Of a stretch of DNA of 64,000 nt, positions 12,853 through 25,339 are shown in pieces (position 1 is the stretch's first letter; every line of letters begins with the position of its first letter). Source of the DNA: Octopus bimaculoides (Eukaryota); contig NC_068982.1 of assembly GCF_001194135.2 (NCBI RefSeq), positions 36,505,995 through 36,569,994 on the forward strand, read 5' to 3'. A model generated the notes under the pieces. That model was given only the letters and a program-made list of their open reading frames with translations, made no database searches and was not told the origin of the DNA. The position numbers were made by a program, and so were the translations under genes.

Positions 12853-13336
12853 TGGGTAAATATTGTGAGATGGATAAAGAAATGGATGGGTTGGTGATGT
12901 CAAGGATGAGTTTTCTAAGATTTTTTTTGTGGTGTACATAGAATAGTTCTGCATGAAGCTACATTAGTTTGAATGAAAGACGATAATAATGACATCTAGA
13001 ACCAATTGAAGACCGTTACAGATTCAAGATCACTATGAATACAAAGAGTATAAGCATTCTCTCCAACTGTCATTCTCCTACAAGTGTATTTTCAGACCAG
13101 TTCCATCTACTCTTGCTATTTTTGCTACTTTCATCCACCTTTCAATAAACTTGCTTGAAGAAAGTGTGTTCTCCAACCTTTCAGTATTGTTCACCATATG
13201 ACTTCTTTTATCAGCTACTACACAGTGGAAAACTGCCTTCCCTCTCCAGTTAAATGAGGACAGTGGGGTAATTAATGCAATGGACTCAACTAACAGATAT
13301 GACAGCAGCTGTTCGACATAACTCCATAAGTCCGCA

Positions 13337-13340
13337 ATAA

Positions 13341-13402
<62 letters not shown>

Positions 13403-13410
13403 TTTAATAA
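13337..13410. repeat. (TAA)n microsatellite
   Basis: Direct read. Confidence 0.95.
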
Positions 13411-14394
13411 TCATGATGATCTAATCCACAAAAAACAAAAAACTAAGGTTTATAAGAAAAAGTTTTAAGTGGGTCTTGCAAAAGTCACTAATATATATAT
13501 ATATATATATTCATATATGTATTCATATAATCTGGTTAAGATGTTTTTCATATATATATATCATTTTATATAGTTAATTTTTGGATGAAAATGATTCATC
13601 AAAAGAGAAAAGAATAGCAGAAATTCAAATATGATCTTTTAACTAAAAGCTGAAAGTTAATTTTAGCTGACTGTTAGTTTAATTTGTAACTGAGCCATAC
13701 ATTCTGGCATTCGTTGTCTAGTCAAGATAGGAGAAGCTGTTTATGTTGTATGTATTTTCAAACAATAATTATATACAAACCTCAACTTTACAGTAGATAT
13801 TCATCACAGAAGCAAATTCTATTACGTATAATGCAAAATTACAAATGTGCACATTCCTTGTCAGAATGCATCATTGAGCTTAAATTCTGTAATACAACTT
13901 GGTTGGTACTGGCATTGCTAAGAACTTATCATGGAGTAAATATAAAATGAGAATCAAACCATTAAAGAGAAAGGCCAAACAAAAGAACCCTGTAATGTAA
14001 ACATTTATCTGATTCAGTATTAAATTCTTACTTTTGTATTAAATCCTCTCCATTAACGTTGTTTCTAACAATTAAATTAATTTCCGTTTCAATTTATTTG
14101 GACATTGGTTAGATAAACAATCATTTTAGCAACAATAACCTGATCTCAGTATGGCTGGAAAGTATTAAATGCACCAACAGAGGCAGCATAAGGTGCTTCT
14201 CTTATGAGTAATAAAAGTCAGAATGTAAGGAGGAAAACTGAAATACTGCCCAGAGTCCAAATTCATGTGTTGAAAAATAAATGTAGAACTGATATTATAA
14301 GATGGCTAAGGGCAATGGTAATAATAATAATGGTGATGAAGGTGATGGCTGTGGTAGTGGCTGCAGCAGCAGTGACAGTCAAAGTAGTGGAGGT

Positions 14395-14612
14395 AGTGGT
14401 GAGCTGGCAGAAATGTTAGCACGCTGGGCAAAATGCTTAGTGGTATTTCATTTGTCTTTATGTTCTGAGTTCAAATTCTGCCAACGTCAACATTGTCTTT
14501 CATCCTTTCAGGGGTCGATAAATTAAATGCCAGTTGCGTACTAGGGTTGATCTAATCAACTAGCGCCCTCCCCCAAAGTTTTGGGCCTTGTGCCTTGAGT
14601 AGAACAGAATAT
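14395..14612 (+). mobile_element. tRNA-type SINE (family B), well preserved
   Basis: 'ggtgagctggcagaaatgttagcacgctgggcaaaatgcttag...ctgagttcaaattctgcc' carries A-box/B-box-like motifs. Confidence 0.85.
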
Positions 14613-15155
14613 CAGCAATAACAATGAGTGTTGTTGTTTAGTCCCAAGTCAGCACTCATTGAGCATATCAATTATCAGATATGTTCCAGCCACGTTCCCA
14701 CTCTCTATCTTCAGTATGTCTAGGACAATAGTATCCTATATGTACAATAGAAATGACAAGTTATTATTACCAGCAGGTAAAGAAAAAAATTTGAAAATTT
14801 TTGAGGTAGAACGTTCAAGAAATTGAGAAATAAATGCATAAGATTATGGAACCATTCACATAGAAATCAATCTACTACTGATGCCATTAAGACTAGCGAT
14901 GTATGCCAATCATATTGTCATCACTGGTTATTTAAAATAACAACTGAGAAGCTGCTGATTACTGGTAATTCTGACATTACATTGAATATACTTTTCAGTG
15001 AGCTACAGGTACATCAAAGTTTCAAATGTGATTTGAAACAGTCTCACTTCATTTATATCACTAATGCACTTACAAAATATTTGAATATACATGTTATTTT
15101 TTGAGCAAATCTTGTAGCTATTGTAATTTATGAATAGTTAAATGAATAGATGAAT

Positions 15156-15193
<38 letters not shown>

Positions 15194-15394
15194 ATGTATG
15201 TATATATTGATATGTAATTGTAAGATCCAAGGATCTAAGTGTAGGAGGCTTGTAAGCTTCAAGCAGTCCATGGTAGGTAATAATTTATCAACATTGAAGG
15301 TTGTAGGCTTTTCCCATACTGAAGTTTGTTACGATGAAAAAATTTATCTATAGCTCATGATCAGTAACTGGAGTTGCAATGAATGTGAATAAAA

Positions 15395-15628
15395 ATCTAA
15401 ATTGAGTGAGTGGAACAGGTAAAATCCAGGCTACACATGTTTCCTACCTAGCAGATCCTCTGATGTAATAATTACTCAATGAGGGGTAGGGATTTCCAAG
15501 CAAGAATGTAACCTTCATATAACTGATGAGTAGCTGAGTACTCCTTGTTGAGTAATTACTACATCAGAGGATCTGTTAGCTTGGAAACATGTAGCCTGGA
15601 TTTTATCTGTTCCCATCCCTCAATTTGG

Positions 15629-15630
<2 letters not shown>
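15395..15630. mobile_element. Palindromic MITE-like element (~85-bp arms, ~58-bp spacer)
   Basis: 15399-15484 is about 85% identical by eye to the reverse complement of 15543-15626 (aaattgag...ggaacag.taaaatccaggctac...cagatcctctgatgta.taattactcaa). Confidence 0.8.
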
Positions 15631-15686
<56 letters not shown>

Positions 15687-15758
15687 NNNNNNNNNNNNNN
15701 NNNNNNNNNNNNNNNNNNNNNNNNNNNNNNNNNNNNNNNNNNNNNNNNNNNNNNNNNN

Positions 15759-15806
<48 letters not shown>

Positions 15807-16914
15807 GTGTGTGTGTATGAAACAAAATAATTAATTTGATATTGACTTCGTTATTTCATCCCTGTGCAAAGTAAATATCTAACTTAACAGTTTTTATACA
15901 TTTAACATCCAAAATAAAAGTTGAAGAATTTGCTAAGAAACCTCGTCTATCAATTTCTGTTTTTTGTTTATTTATTTATTTTATTTTATTTAGTAACCAC
16001 CTTCCTTGACATACCATATACTCATTGGAGGAAGGCAATAAGAGAATTAAACTAAAAAGTTTTCAATAACCATGAAAATTCTTTAAAACTCTAAACTAGA
16101 GTATTATGTGAGAATATGTTTTAATATAGCTATTTATTTCCCATATGTCACTAAATCTACTTCAGGTTTACAGTAGCAAACAATCAATATAGAAAATAAA
16201 TAAATAAGAAAATTTTAAAAATTTGATGTTAAACATTCGTGATACTTTTCAGTAAAACTTGAATAGAAAGGAGTTCTGTTAAAAAAGGGTAAAAAATAGA
16301 AAAAAATGTAAAAATGCAGTCCAAGTTAATCTGATTTCAGATAAAATCAGGAAAGAAGAAATTTCAAGAGAGATCAAAAACACGTATAAAGTTGAATGCT
16401 AATTGAATTTACAGCTTGAAGATATGCATTGGTTTTGTTATTGTTAAAATAAATTAATCTCTTATTTGGATAAAATTTAATGAAATATTTAATTTTAACC
16501 AATATGGAGAAAATAGAAAAAATATGTTTCATGATGCTTATTTAACCCATAGTGAAGTATTGGTGAGAACAAAATAGAGAAAAACACAAGGAATCAATAT
16601 ACAAAACGTCTTTACTCAATGTCATTAATTAATCATAGAAAAAATATATTGAAGATAAAAAAAAAGCTATGTTCCAAGTTTCACAATACTACCATCATCA
16701 TCGATACTGAAAACAATATTATTGGTGTGGTATCACCAAACTATAGGAATATAAGATTACATATTTTGTTCTATTTTATTTCCAGCCAACATGCAAGTTG
16801 ACTTTACTCAAAAGTGAATAAGATTTCATGAAAATACTACCTGAAAATAGAAAAATTCAAATAAGATTTATGCAATTAAGATGTAGAAATTATTATTATT
16901 ATTATTATTATTAT

Positions 16915-17127
16915 TGTTCAGTAGTTTTATTTTTATAACGTGCTTTCACTTCACTACCGAGCGCAGCTCTGTGCGCCTTGGGTATGTGCTGTGGTTTGCT
17001 GTGGTGCTTTTATGTTTACTGTATTGAAAGTGTTTTGCGTAGAATGTGTGCAGTACCCAGTAGTGCAATTTTCTGTATGTTACATATATTTGTAAGTCCT
17101 GGTATTTTTGTTATGTATTTGTCTGAG
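16915..17127 (-). mobile_element. 3' end of an R4/Dong-like (RLE-clade) non-LTR retrotransposon inside a (TAA)n array
   Basis: Minus strand encodes SDKYITKIPGLTNICNIQKIALLGTAHILRKTLSIQ*, matching the R4/Dong C-terminal Q.A.LLGT..ILR..L motif. A short 3' UTR follows, and (ATT)n flanks both sides (16888-16914, 17128-17218). Confidence 0.75.
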
Positions 17128-17138
17128 TATTATTATTA

Positions 17139-17218
<80 letters not shown>

Positions 17219-18955
17219 TTTTTTTTAGGAGTTTGAAATGAAAATATAAAATAAACATTACTTTTAGTCCTAACATGAAATTTTCCAGTTTTTAAGATCA
17301 ATAGTAACCAATAAAACATTTAACTGGTACCATACCAAAGATTAATTTCAGATAACCATTTAACAATTTCTTTTAATTTTCATCAGATCTGCTCTTTTTC
17401 CTCTTAAATATCAAACTAGTTTTTGTAGGTGATTTCAATGGAATGAATACTGCTGTGCCATGAATAAGATCCTGAGACAGTTTCTTCAGCAAACGAAAGA
17501 CAAGATACAGTAAATATACTCCAACACCCTAAAGAAGATATTTGTTATCAAAGTCATGTGTATAAATGAGTTCAGATTTGAAGATCAAGCAAATAGAAGT
17601 GAAAAAAAAAAGAAGATATCAAATCTTGATAATTGTGATATCAATAGCTGCTTGGATAGAAAAGCTATTAATGAGGGCATTGAGTTACACACATATCTAA
17701 TGCCAAAATCTTTTCATGCAGCTTCAAAATATTTTTAACTGTGTTGATAATGATGAGCTTAAAGATACCAAAACTAGTTATCTAGGATATATAGCCTACG
17801 GTTTGATTGACAACTAAAATCTGCAAGCATGTTAAGAAAATTGGAGTGGGACTGGTTGTCAATCAATATGTTCAGAAAAAAGAGAAGGAAGAAGTCTGTT
17901 ATTTTTGCAATATTGATGCATATGGTAGCAAATGTAATTCTCAGTGAATCACTCTTAAGTGTGCTTAGCAACTATTCTATTAAGTTTTATAGATAAGCCT
18001 AAATGGATGCCTCAGGATGGTTGTTTAACTTGCTAGTAATAACAACCAAAATTCTCTTAAATCATACCCTACTGTTTTAAAAAAAATGTACTTGATAATG
18101 TAGTTCTGGATGCATTACATCAAGAAAAGTAAAGATGGGATAGTCATGGCTGGAATACCTTTGATCATAGGTATGCTGATTGGGTATTGTAACTTAGTTT
18201 AGAGGTGTTAACCAATTATTAGTTTTATCTTTGTCTAAATATTTCTTTCAAATGTCTTCAAAAGTTGCATAAATGAACAACAGCTTTAAAGATATCCTGT
18301 GTATTTTCTCTCAAGAAATTATTTCAAATATCTAAGAATGATCTACAGAATGTGAGTTGCATTCTTCATTTATATTTAATCTTATAGAGAACATTGTATA
18401 ATCTGACTTTGGGAAACTTTGAAATAAATCTATGCTTTCTTGTCTTGTAGATTGAATGTTGTTTAGCCCTAGGTCAGGTCCTGATCAAAGAAATTTAGAA
18501 TAAAAGACAATCAAACCATGACCAACCATCTTTATTTTTTAGTGGGCTCAGTGTATCTTGAACTTCATTATCCAATCTGTTATTTCCTTTTTATTTTGTT
18601 TTTGTTAAGCAGTCTACAGTGATTTGATGGATATACATAAAATTGAGATGTAAATATTATTTTGAACACATTATGTAATACATTTAAAGGGACATCTTAT
18701 AAAAACATTTTCTGTTTTTATAGCTGTAGTCCATATCTGCTTTTATCATTAACTCTGTATTGTTTTAAAAATAATAATAAGTAGTTTATGTTATTACTAT
18801 GTTTTGAGTAGGAAGTCTTTTTATCTTGTGGCAGCATAATTAATTTTTGTAAAAAGATATCTGCTTCCTGCGGTTCTTCAGCAATGAATATAGGTTGGAG
18901 TGTTACACATACACATACATACATAGAGAATGCACACACGCACATGCTCATTCAT

Positions 18956-19039
<84 letters not shown>

Positions 19040-19065
19040 GGGCACACCATACATATACATATAAA

Positions 19066-19515
19066 TCATCATCATTGTTTAACGTCTGCCTTCCATGCTG
19101 GCATGGGTGGGAAGGTTTGACAAGAACCAACCAGGCAGAAGCCTACACAAGACATCTGTAACTGTTTTACCAGAATTTTACCCCTGGAAACCCTTCCTTC
19201 CATATTTTTAAAAGCAACATTTGAACGTGGTCGTTGCCAGTGCCACCAGACTGGCTCCTGTGCAGGTGGCACGTAACAAACACCTTTTGAGCATGGTTGT
19301 TGCCAGTACCGCCTGACTGACATTTGTGCTGGTGGCACGTAAAAGTACCCACTACACTCTCGAAGTGGTTGGCGTTAGGAAGGGCAACCAGCTGAAGAAA
19401 CTTTGCCAGATCAGATTGGAGCCTGGTGCAGCCTTCTGGCTCACCGGTCCTCAGTTAAACTGTCTAACCCATGCAAGCATGGAAAGTGGACGCTAAACAA
19501 CAATGATGATGATGC
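19066..19515. mobile_element. Two RTE-tail SINE/LINE ends in inverted (head-to-head) arrangement
   Basis: Minus copy at 19066-19198 and plus copy at 19215-19515, each ending in a GAT repeat. The plus copy has a ~66-bp internal tandem duplication. Confidence 0.75.
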
Positions 19516-19520
19516 TGATG

Positions 19521-19590
<70 letters not shown>

Positions 19591-19605
19591 TCTACATATG
19601 TATAT

Positions 19606-20011
19606 CAGGGATGTGCACCTAGGTAGGTAAGGGAGGCAGTGCCTACCTTGAATAAAATTGATTGATAGCAACATTTTTCTTTTATGGCAAAATATATACT
19701 TAATTCAATAAAATTATGAAGGTTACTCTGATTACTATGCATAAAATACAAAATATTTAATTTTTTTGCAGATTAGGTAGGCATAATTCGCCCCTGCTTT
19801 TCAATCTCAGTATTTAAGCTTTGCATAGTACTGCTGTAGTACACATGCTGCGTACACTCCTACAACACCGTTTTCTTTACATGCTATAAAAGCAAAAGTA
19901 AATCTGCCTTCAACTCAGTCATGCATCTAAGTTTTGCTTATTTTTTTTGTGTTTTACTACATAAAGGTCACCAACTGCCTACCCTGAGTAATTACTGACG
20001 GCACATGCCTG
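19606..20011. mobile_element. Non-autonomous hAT element (406 bp) with 8-bp TSD
   Basis: TIRs CAGGGATGTGC and GCACATGCCTG match at 10/11. A perfect 8-bp TSD ATGTATAT lies at 19598-19605 and 20012-20019. No ORF. Confidence 0.85.
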
Positions 20012-20499
20012 ATGTATATGTCTGCATAATATATATATATATATGCATACATACATTCATGTATGTATGTATGTATTATTGATATTGTGCTTAGTTACCA
20101 TTTATTATGCTTATTTAGTTCTTCAAACTAAATTTATTACTTCACAGAACTCTTTCAGTGTTGTAATAGTCCCAATAGAGGATACTTTTTATTCATAAAC
20201 ATATACCTGCATTTCCTACCAGCAGTTAGTACCTAATTTCCATCGCTTTCAAACATATGTTTTCATGTCAAATAAGCTAATATAAGTGTATGAGTGCCAA
20301 CAAAACATCTTTATAGAAAGTTCTCAGTTTGAGACAATTAATTTTGAACACTCAATTGATCAAGGTTATGTATTATCCTGGCTGTCTGAAGTGTGTCTAG
20401 TTAACAAATCTATGTACACATGAGTTATATCTTTTATAAAATATAATGTCTTGAACGACACAACAATGCAGGGTAGACTATAATAACTGTTATAATTTA

Positions 20500-21340
20500 T
20501 CGATAGTCTGATATAATAATAATATTTTGGAATACAAAAATTCCTTCAGATATCACTAGGAATTGATTGAGTCACTGCTATAATCGGTTTTCCAACGGCT
20601 ACTGAATTTTTTTTTTCTGGAAGCATCTCTGCAGTGGTCTCACGAAGGTCCTTCCGGAATTCCTCATGAGAATTGCATGAGGACAGCCATGTCTCAAGTT
20701 CGTGTGTGTTGACACATCCGCAGTGCTGCTTCTTTCTATTTTTACTGTTTTTTTTTATATAATACATGAGTATGTTATCAAAAATGAACCTACACCCATC
20801 CAGATATAGCTAAATAATATACTGATTGCCAACCTCCTGCCTGTTGTTAATTTGGGGCCCTAGTGTGTCTATGAGGATAGTTTCCTTAATTCTTAGATTA
20901 CCCAAATTTCTTTCATTAGCCTCAATTGTGATTTATGCTTTTGTCGGTGTTCAGGCATCTGTCTAGATGTTTTCTGAAGGAGGAGGCTCTCATGTTCAGA
21001 TGTTCTTTGATGTGAATGTGTAACAGTCTTGTTATGCTACTCACATAGAACTTGTTGCATTTGTTACATTGTATTCTATGCACAACATTTACCCGTTAGC
21101 ATAAATCTGTGTCACGGATGAGGCAATTAGTTAGTGTGCATTGATTGCTGTCCCTTGCTCGTTTCTTTGCTAGGTGTCTTCTCAGAGAGGGGCCAGAGTG
21201 GGCTAATTGTATGTCTAATCCTTCTCTTCTTATGGCTCTTCAGATGGCTGTAGTTACCCTCTCACTAAAATGGGGTATTTTAAGGAAGCATTAAGCCATG
21301 CACTGTCTCAACTTGTTAAATAAGGGCAGTACACCATATT
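20500..21340 (-). mobile_element. Penelope-like retroelement 3' portion: RT-EN linker, GIY-YIG endonuclease and terminal region
   Basis: Minus strand reads LKIPHFSERVTTAI*RAIRREGLDIQLAHSGPSLRRHLAKKRARDSNQCTLTNCLIRDTDLC*RVNVVHRIQCNKCNKFYVSSITRLLHIHIKEHL...SSFRKHLDRC. After a frameshift it continues ITIEANERNLGNLRIKETILIDTLGPQINNRQE...* (stop at 20810-20812). This is the PLE GIY-YIG layout (VVY.I.C..C...Y.G.T.R.L..R..EH; LRI.E...I....P..N). Confidence 0.85.
20509..20555 (-). ncRNA. Decayed hammerhead ribozyme-like motif in the PLE terminal region
   Basis: Minus strand: TGATAT-CTGAA[2 nt missing]-GGAAT ttttgt ATTCC-AAAA (GAAA with G>A)-TA ttat TA-TT-ATATCA. Stems I and II are intact; the core has a 2-nt deletion and a CpG-type G>A change. 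Confidence 0.5.
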
Positions 21341-22560
21341 AACCCATGGAAAAAAATCCTAGTTATGCAAGTGTGAAAGTGGTTGTTACTGAGACTTCAA
21401 GTAACTAATGAAAGCTCTAGAGTGTTTGAATGAATGAAAATGTTCCTGTTAAAAAGAAATGTTAGATAGTTGGTATTTTTTACATTTTCCTTAGGAAATT
21501 GTGTCTTATATAAAGAAGTTACTCAATCTTATTTCATAATGACAGTCACTAGTAAACCAATGAAGAGAGGAATATGCTTTGCTCATACCCACTGTTAACT
21601 GATGACACTACTCTTCTTCACTATTTTTTCCTCTTTTCATCACACACATTGTAAATAACAATTTTGAAAGATTTAATCCTATTAATAGCATCCATTCTTA
21701 GCGAAAATATTTCCTTCTGAGGTTTAGGAAGTGAATCATAATTCATAAAACATAATACAGATTATCTTTTAGAAAAAGAAAATTGATTGGCATTTTTATT
21801 TCTCATGAATAATAGCAGTTTGAGAGTCCTTTACATCCTGTTAATAATGGGATCAATTGCCTCCAGTAATCTTTTCCAGAAACAAAAGTATTCAATATGG
21901 CTAAAGGAGCTTCAAGAGAGCTTTGTTTCTTTTAAAAGCTAGCAAGTATTTGACTCTGAATTATAAAGAAACCTAAATTTTATTTATGGAATGCTGCTCT
22001 CACATCTTAGGTAGTGTGTATCGTTAGTCACTGCTGTATTGTACTGAATTTGAAGAGAAAACAAAATTGCATAAACAAAGAATCGTATGATGGTTTAGAA
22101 TGTGTTCTCTTACTAATAAATTTTCCTATTTAATTGCTGCAACGATTGTGACCAGTAGCTCTAAATCTTCTGGTTACCTGCTCACCAAAATTATAATGTA
22201 TATGTTTCTCAGCAAGAGTTCTGCTATATCCACTTTCCAGAATTATAGACCAAATAAAATACAAAATTGTTTATTTTAAAAAATACACTGCTGCCAAGTA
22301 TGCCTCTTCATTAGCAAATTCAAGTTACTTGATAAAGAATTTTAAACACAATAATATTGTTTAATTCGTAACTCATCAAACCAAGCCACATTTAAATATA
22401 AAGAATCACTACTTTTACTGTTATGTTTTGAAATTTTACTCATTTTGAAAAATGTAACTTTTGTACAAGCAAATTAATAATTAACATTAGTGTTTGGTAA
22501 TACTATCCTTGAAAGTATTATTTTTCAAATACTGAAATTCATACTGAATAAGTGCTGGAA

Positions 22561-22708
22561 TGTCTATGTGGTAAGAAGTTTGCTTCTTAACCACATGGTT
22601 TCAGGTTCTACTGAGTAGCACCTTGAGCAAGTGTCTTCTACTATAGCCTCAGGTTGACCAAAGCTTGTAAGCAGATATAGAAGATGGAAACTGAAAGAAA
22701 CCTATCAT

Positions 22709-22748
<40 letters not shown>

Positions 22749-23010
22749 GTGCATGTGTGCATGCATGCATGTGTGTGTGTGTGTGTTTTGTCGTCTTGCC
22801 TTGACATCATGTAGTAGTTGTAAGTGTCACCATTGCACAAGTGGTATCCTTCATTTCCAATCTTTTGCAAGAACATGTCTGACCATAGGGAAATATAATC
22901 TTATGTGGAAACAGATGATGGCTGGTGACAGAAGTGCATCTGGCTGTAGAAAATCCGCTTCAACAAATTCCATCTGATTTATATGAACATGGACAAGTGG
23001 ATATTAAAAA
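22561..23010 (+). mobile_element. SINE family A (tRNA-like head, internal GT microsatellite, RTE-like tail)
   Basis: Head 'tgtggtaagaagtttgcttc...caccttgagcaagtgtcttctactatagcctcagg...ccaaagc' is shared with 41702-42095, 46386-46750 and 56101-56275. Confidence 0.8.
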
Positions 23011-23929
23011 AAAACAAAAAAACAGTGATGAAGCATTTCAATTAATAGAATTTTTTTTGCAATTGATTCCTAATTATCTTTACATATACACATTCTGAAA
23101 TCTTTTATTTTCATGATTGTTGTCAGTAGTTAGAAATTATATTTCTACATAGCCTAGCATCTTTATTTTAAGAAGCTTTTAAATAGTATACTTCCTCCAA
23201 CATCAGAATGAAGTTGTACCCTTCATACATCTTTCAGTATTTAACTTGAGATGGCAGAAAAAAGATTCCCTCGCTCATACTTGTCATGTTTCCAAAGCTT
23301 TTAAGTAATTCTAGAATATACAAGAGATACAGCTTTATTATGTTTCTTAAAATGTTCTTAAGAAAACTTAATATGTGCTTTATCTTATCTTTACTTTGGG
23401 AACATTGTCAGTATATTTTTACCTTCAGATTTTCTTATTTAGAAATAACTTCTTACCTTTCTAAATTTTTTGGTTTTATTTAATCTGTGATGCAAGATAA
23501 ATTAATCATCTCTTGGATAGTTGCATAGTATCTAATTTATATTAAATGAACTGTTCACATTATTAATGACAGCTTACCAACAAACTTCTACATTAGAAGC
23601 TACGTAAAATACATTTCCCCACAATTATTTTGTTCAGTGAGATAACACAGTCGATCAATGTCTTTAAGCTCTTGGAAACAGCTAGTTATCTTTTATTATG
23701 TTTGTAACATAGCTGATATTCTGAAAATATAGAATACTTACAGCTGTGTGTTAATTTCATAAAACCTCAAACTGGATATATATCCTACTGACAAACATTT
23801 ATTCTGTCAAACTAGACCCTAAAATGACAGGAATAGTATTAACAAATCTTTGAGAGAAATTTAGATAATACATTTCGTCCTCTTCTTCCACCTTGCTACC
23901 ACTATTACTACAATCCTCACCACCATTTT

Positions 23930-24890
23930 TTTAAACAAATATTTTTCCATGATAGCATGAGTGGATGAGTCTGCAGTAAAGCATATAACTTCTCTTGACG
24001 TAGTGTTATCTTGTTCATGAAACCCAAAATACTGGAAACTGACTTCACTATTTATTCTCCTGCTTTCCTTGGTCTTTTTTCCATCAGTTGTACCTTTTAC
24101 TGTTATCACATAACACTATTTCATCCATTTACATAACATGTCAATACCAGCACAGTTAACTTCCCTATATATATTAGTTAATGCTTTTAATACCCACTGT
24201 GTTCTATGTTCTGCCTTTCATGCAAATTAATGTAACATGGTCAATGAATGAATGATATTCAACTCATTTTTCTTCAACCTTTGCAGATCTTTCACATCCA
24301 ATGCACACAGTTAACTTCTATGCTGTACATATGTTTCATATAATTCACTTTTTATATGAAAAGAGAAGAACTTCTTGCTGTTAAAGTTAATAGCTCCCAG
24401 AATTTCTTCCACACATATCTTAAGGGAGCTACTATAATCTAATTAGGGCTATTTCCACAAGTAGTTAGGATTCCGGTTTGCAGAAATTATCTACATTGTT
24501 TAAGGAAGCATCTGATCAGTACACAGACTATATCTCATGGAAACTCCTATAGCTAAATACTCCTGTACATCTAAAGTTCTGGTTCTTCGATAGTCTGCAA
24601 GAGATTCCACAGCAACTTTTGTATAGCTATTTCTTGCTCAAAGTACACACAACACCCCATATAAACAAACCTTTTTCCCAAATGGCTCAGATATTTTGTA
24701 TTTTCTGTTAGTTGCATTAACTTTGACTTTCTCAAATGCTTTCATGACTTGGCCTATCAGATTGAGGACTTTGTGACAGCTCTTCTTTAGCCTGTTCCAT
24801 TTTTTCTTGTAGTAGTTTAAAATGATTTTACTATTGAACATTACTGAAACCAATGGAGATAGTTTATGCTTCCCTTTCATATTTCTGATG
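23930..24890 (-). mobile_element. Highly degenerate RTE-clade LINE reverse transcriptase fragments
   Basis: Broken frames give HKVLNLIGQVMKAFEKV (cf. YRG.KL.DQVMKV.ERV) and TCALDVKDLQRLKKNE, followed by the LCWY*HVM*MDE region (cf. LRWYGHV.RM). Confidence 0.55.
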
Positions 24891-25339
24891 AATTAAGGAA
24901 TTTGAACTCGTAATATTTAGTAACATATGATGTGTTGGCTGGTTTGGAATTTTACACAGATAATTACCTAACCAACATGTGCTTCATTACCAATTTACCC
25001 ATCTTATTTCACTCATGTCCATCCAGTTATGTGCAGATAAGTTCATTTTTCCCTTCCTCACTTAATTCCACACAGCATTCTAGCCTAACCTGATGATACT
25101 AACTTGTCTCAATTTAATTTAATTTAATTTAATCTAATCTAATCTAATCTAACTTTAACCTTAACTTAATTTAATTTAATTGTAATTCATTACTTGTGCC
25201 TTCTCTCATCTATGTTTTCTTATCAGCTTTATTCTTGTCCCTTCTCTCATACCGGCTTCTAATTTTGCTTGCAGCTTGAGCCATCATGTTTTTGTTTTGA
25301 AAATGACCTTTCAATGTTGGGCAGCAGCCATGTGTCTTT

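Noticed and set aside
14395-14480. tRNA-like A/B boxes in SINE heads (also 22561, 41702, 46386, 56101)
   Set aside because: No complete cloverleaf, and they continue into SINE bodies, so they are not tRNA genes.
17430-17990. Coding-like stretch (VGDFNG on plus; GVGVYLLYLVFRLLKK... on minus)
   Set aside because: All frames are interrupted and no consistent family motif could be assigned.
20546-20767. 73-aa minus-strand ORF (MYYIKK...IPSDI) with CpG-rich, protein-like appearance
   Set aside because: It lies in the PLE terminal region between the GIY-YIG stop and the hammerhead-like motif. It has no recognisable motif or good splice sites, so the element explains it.
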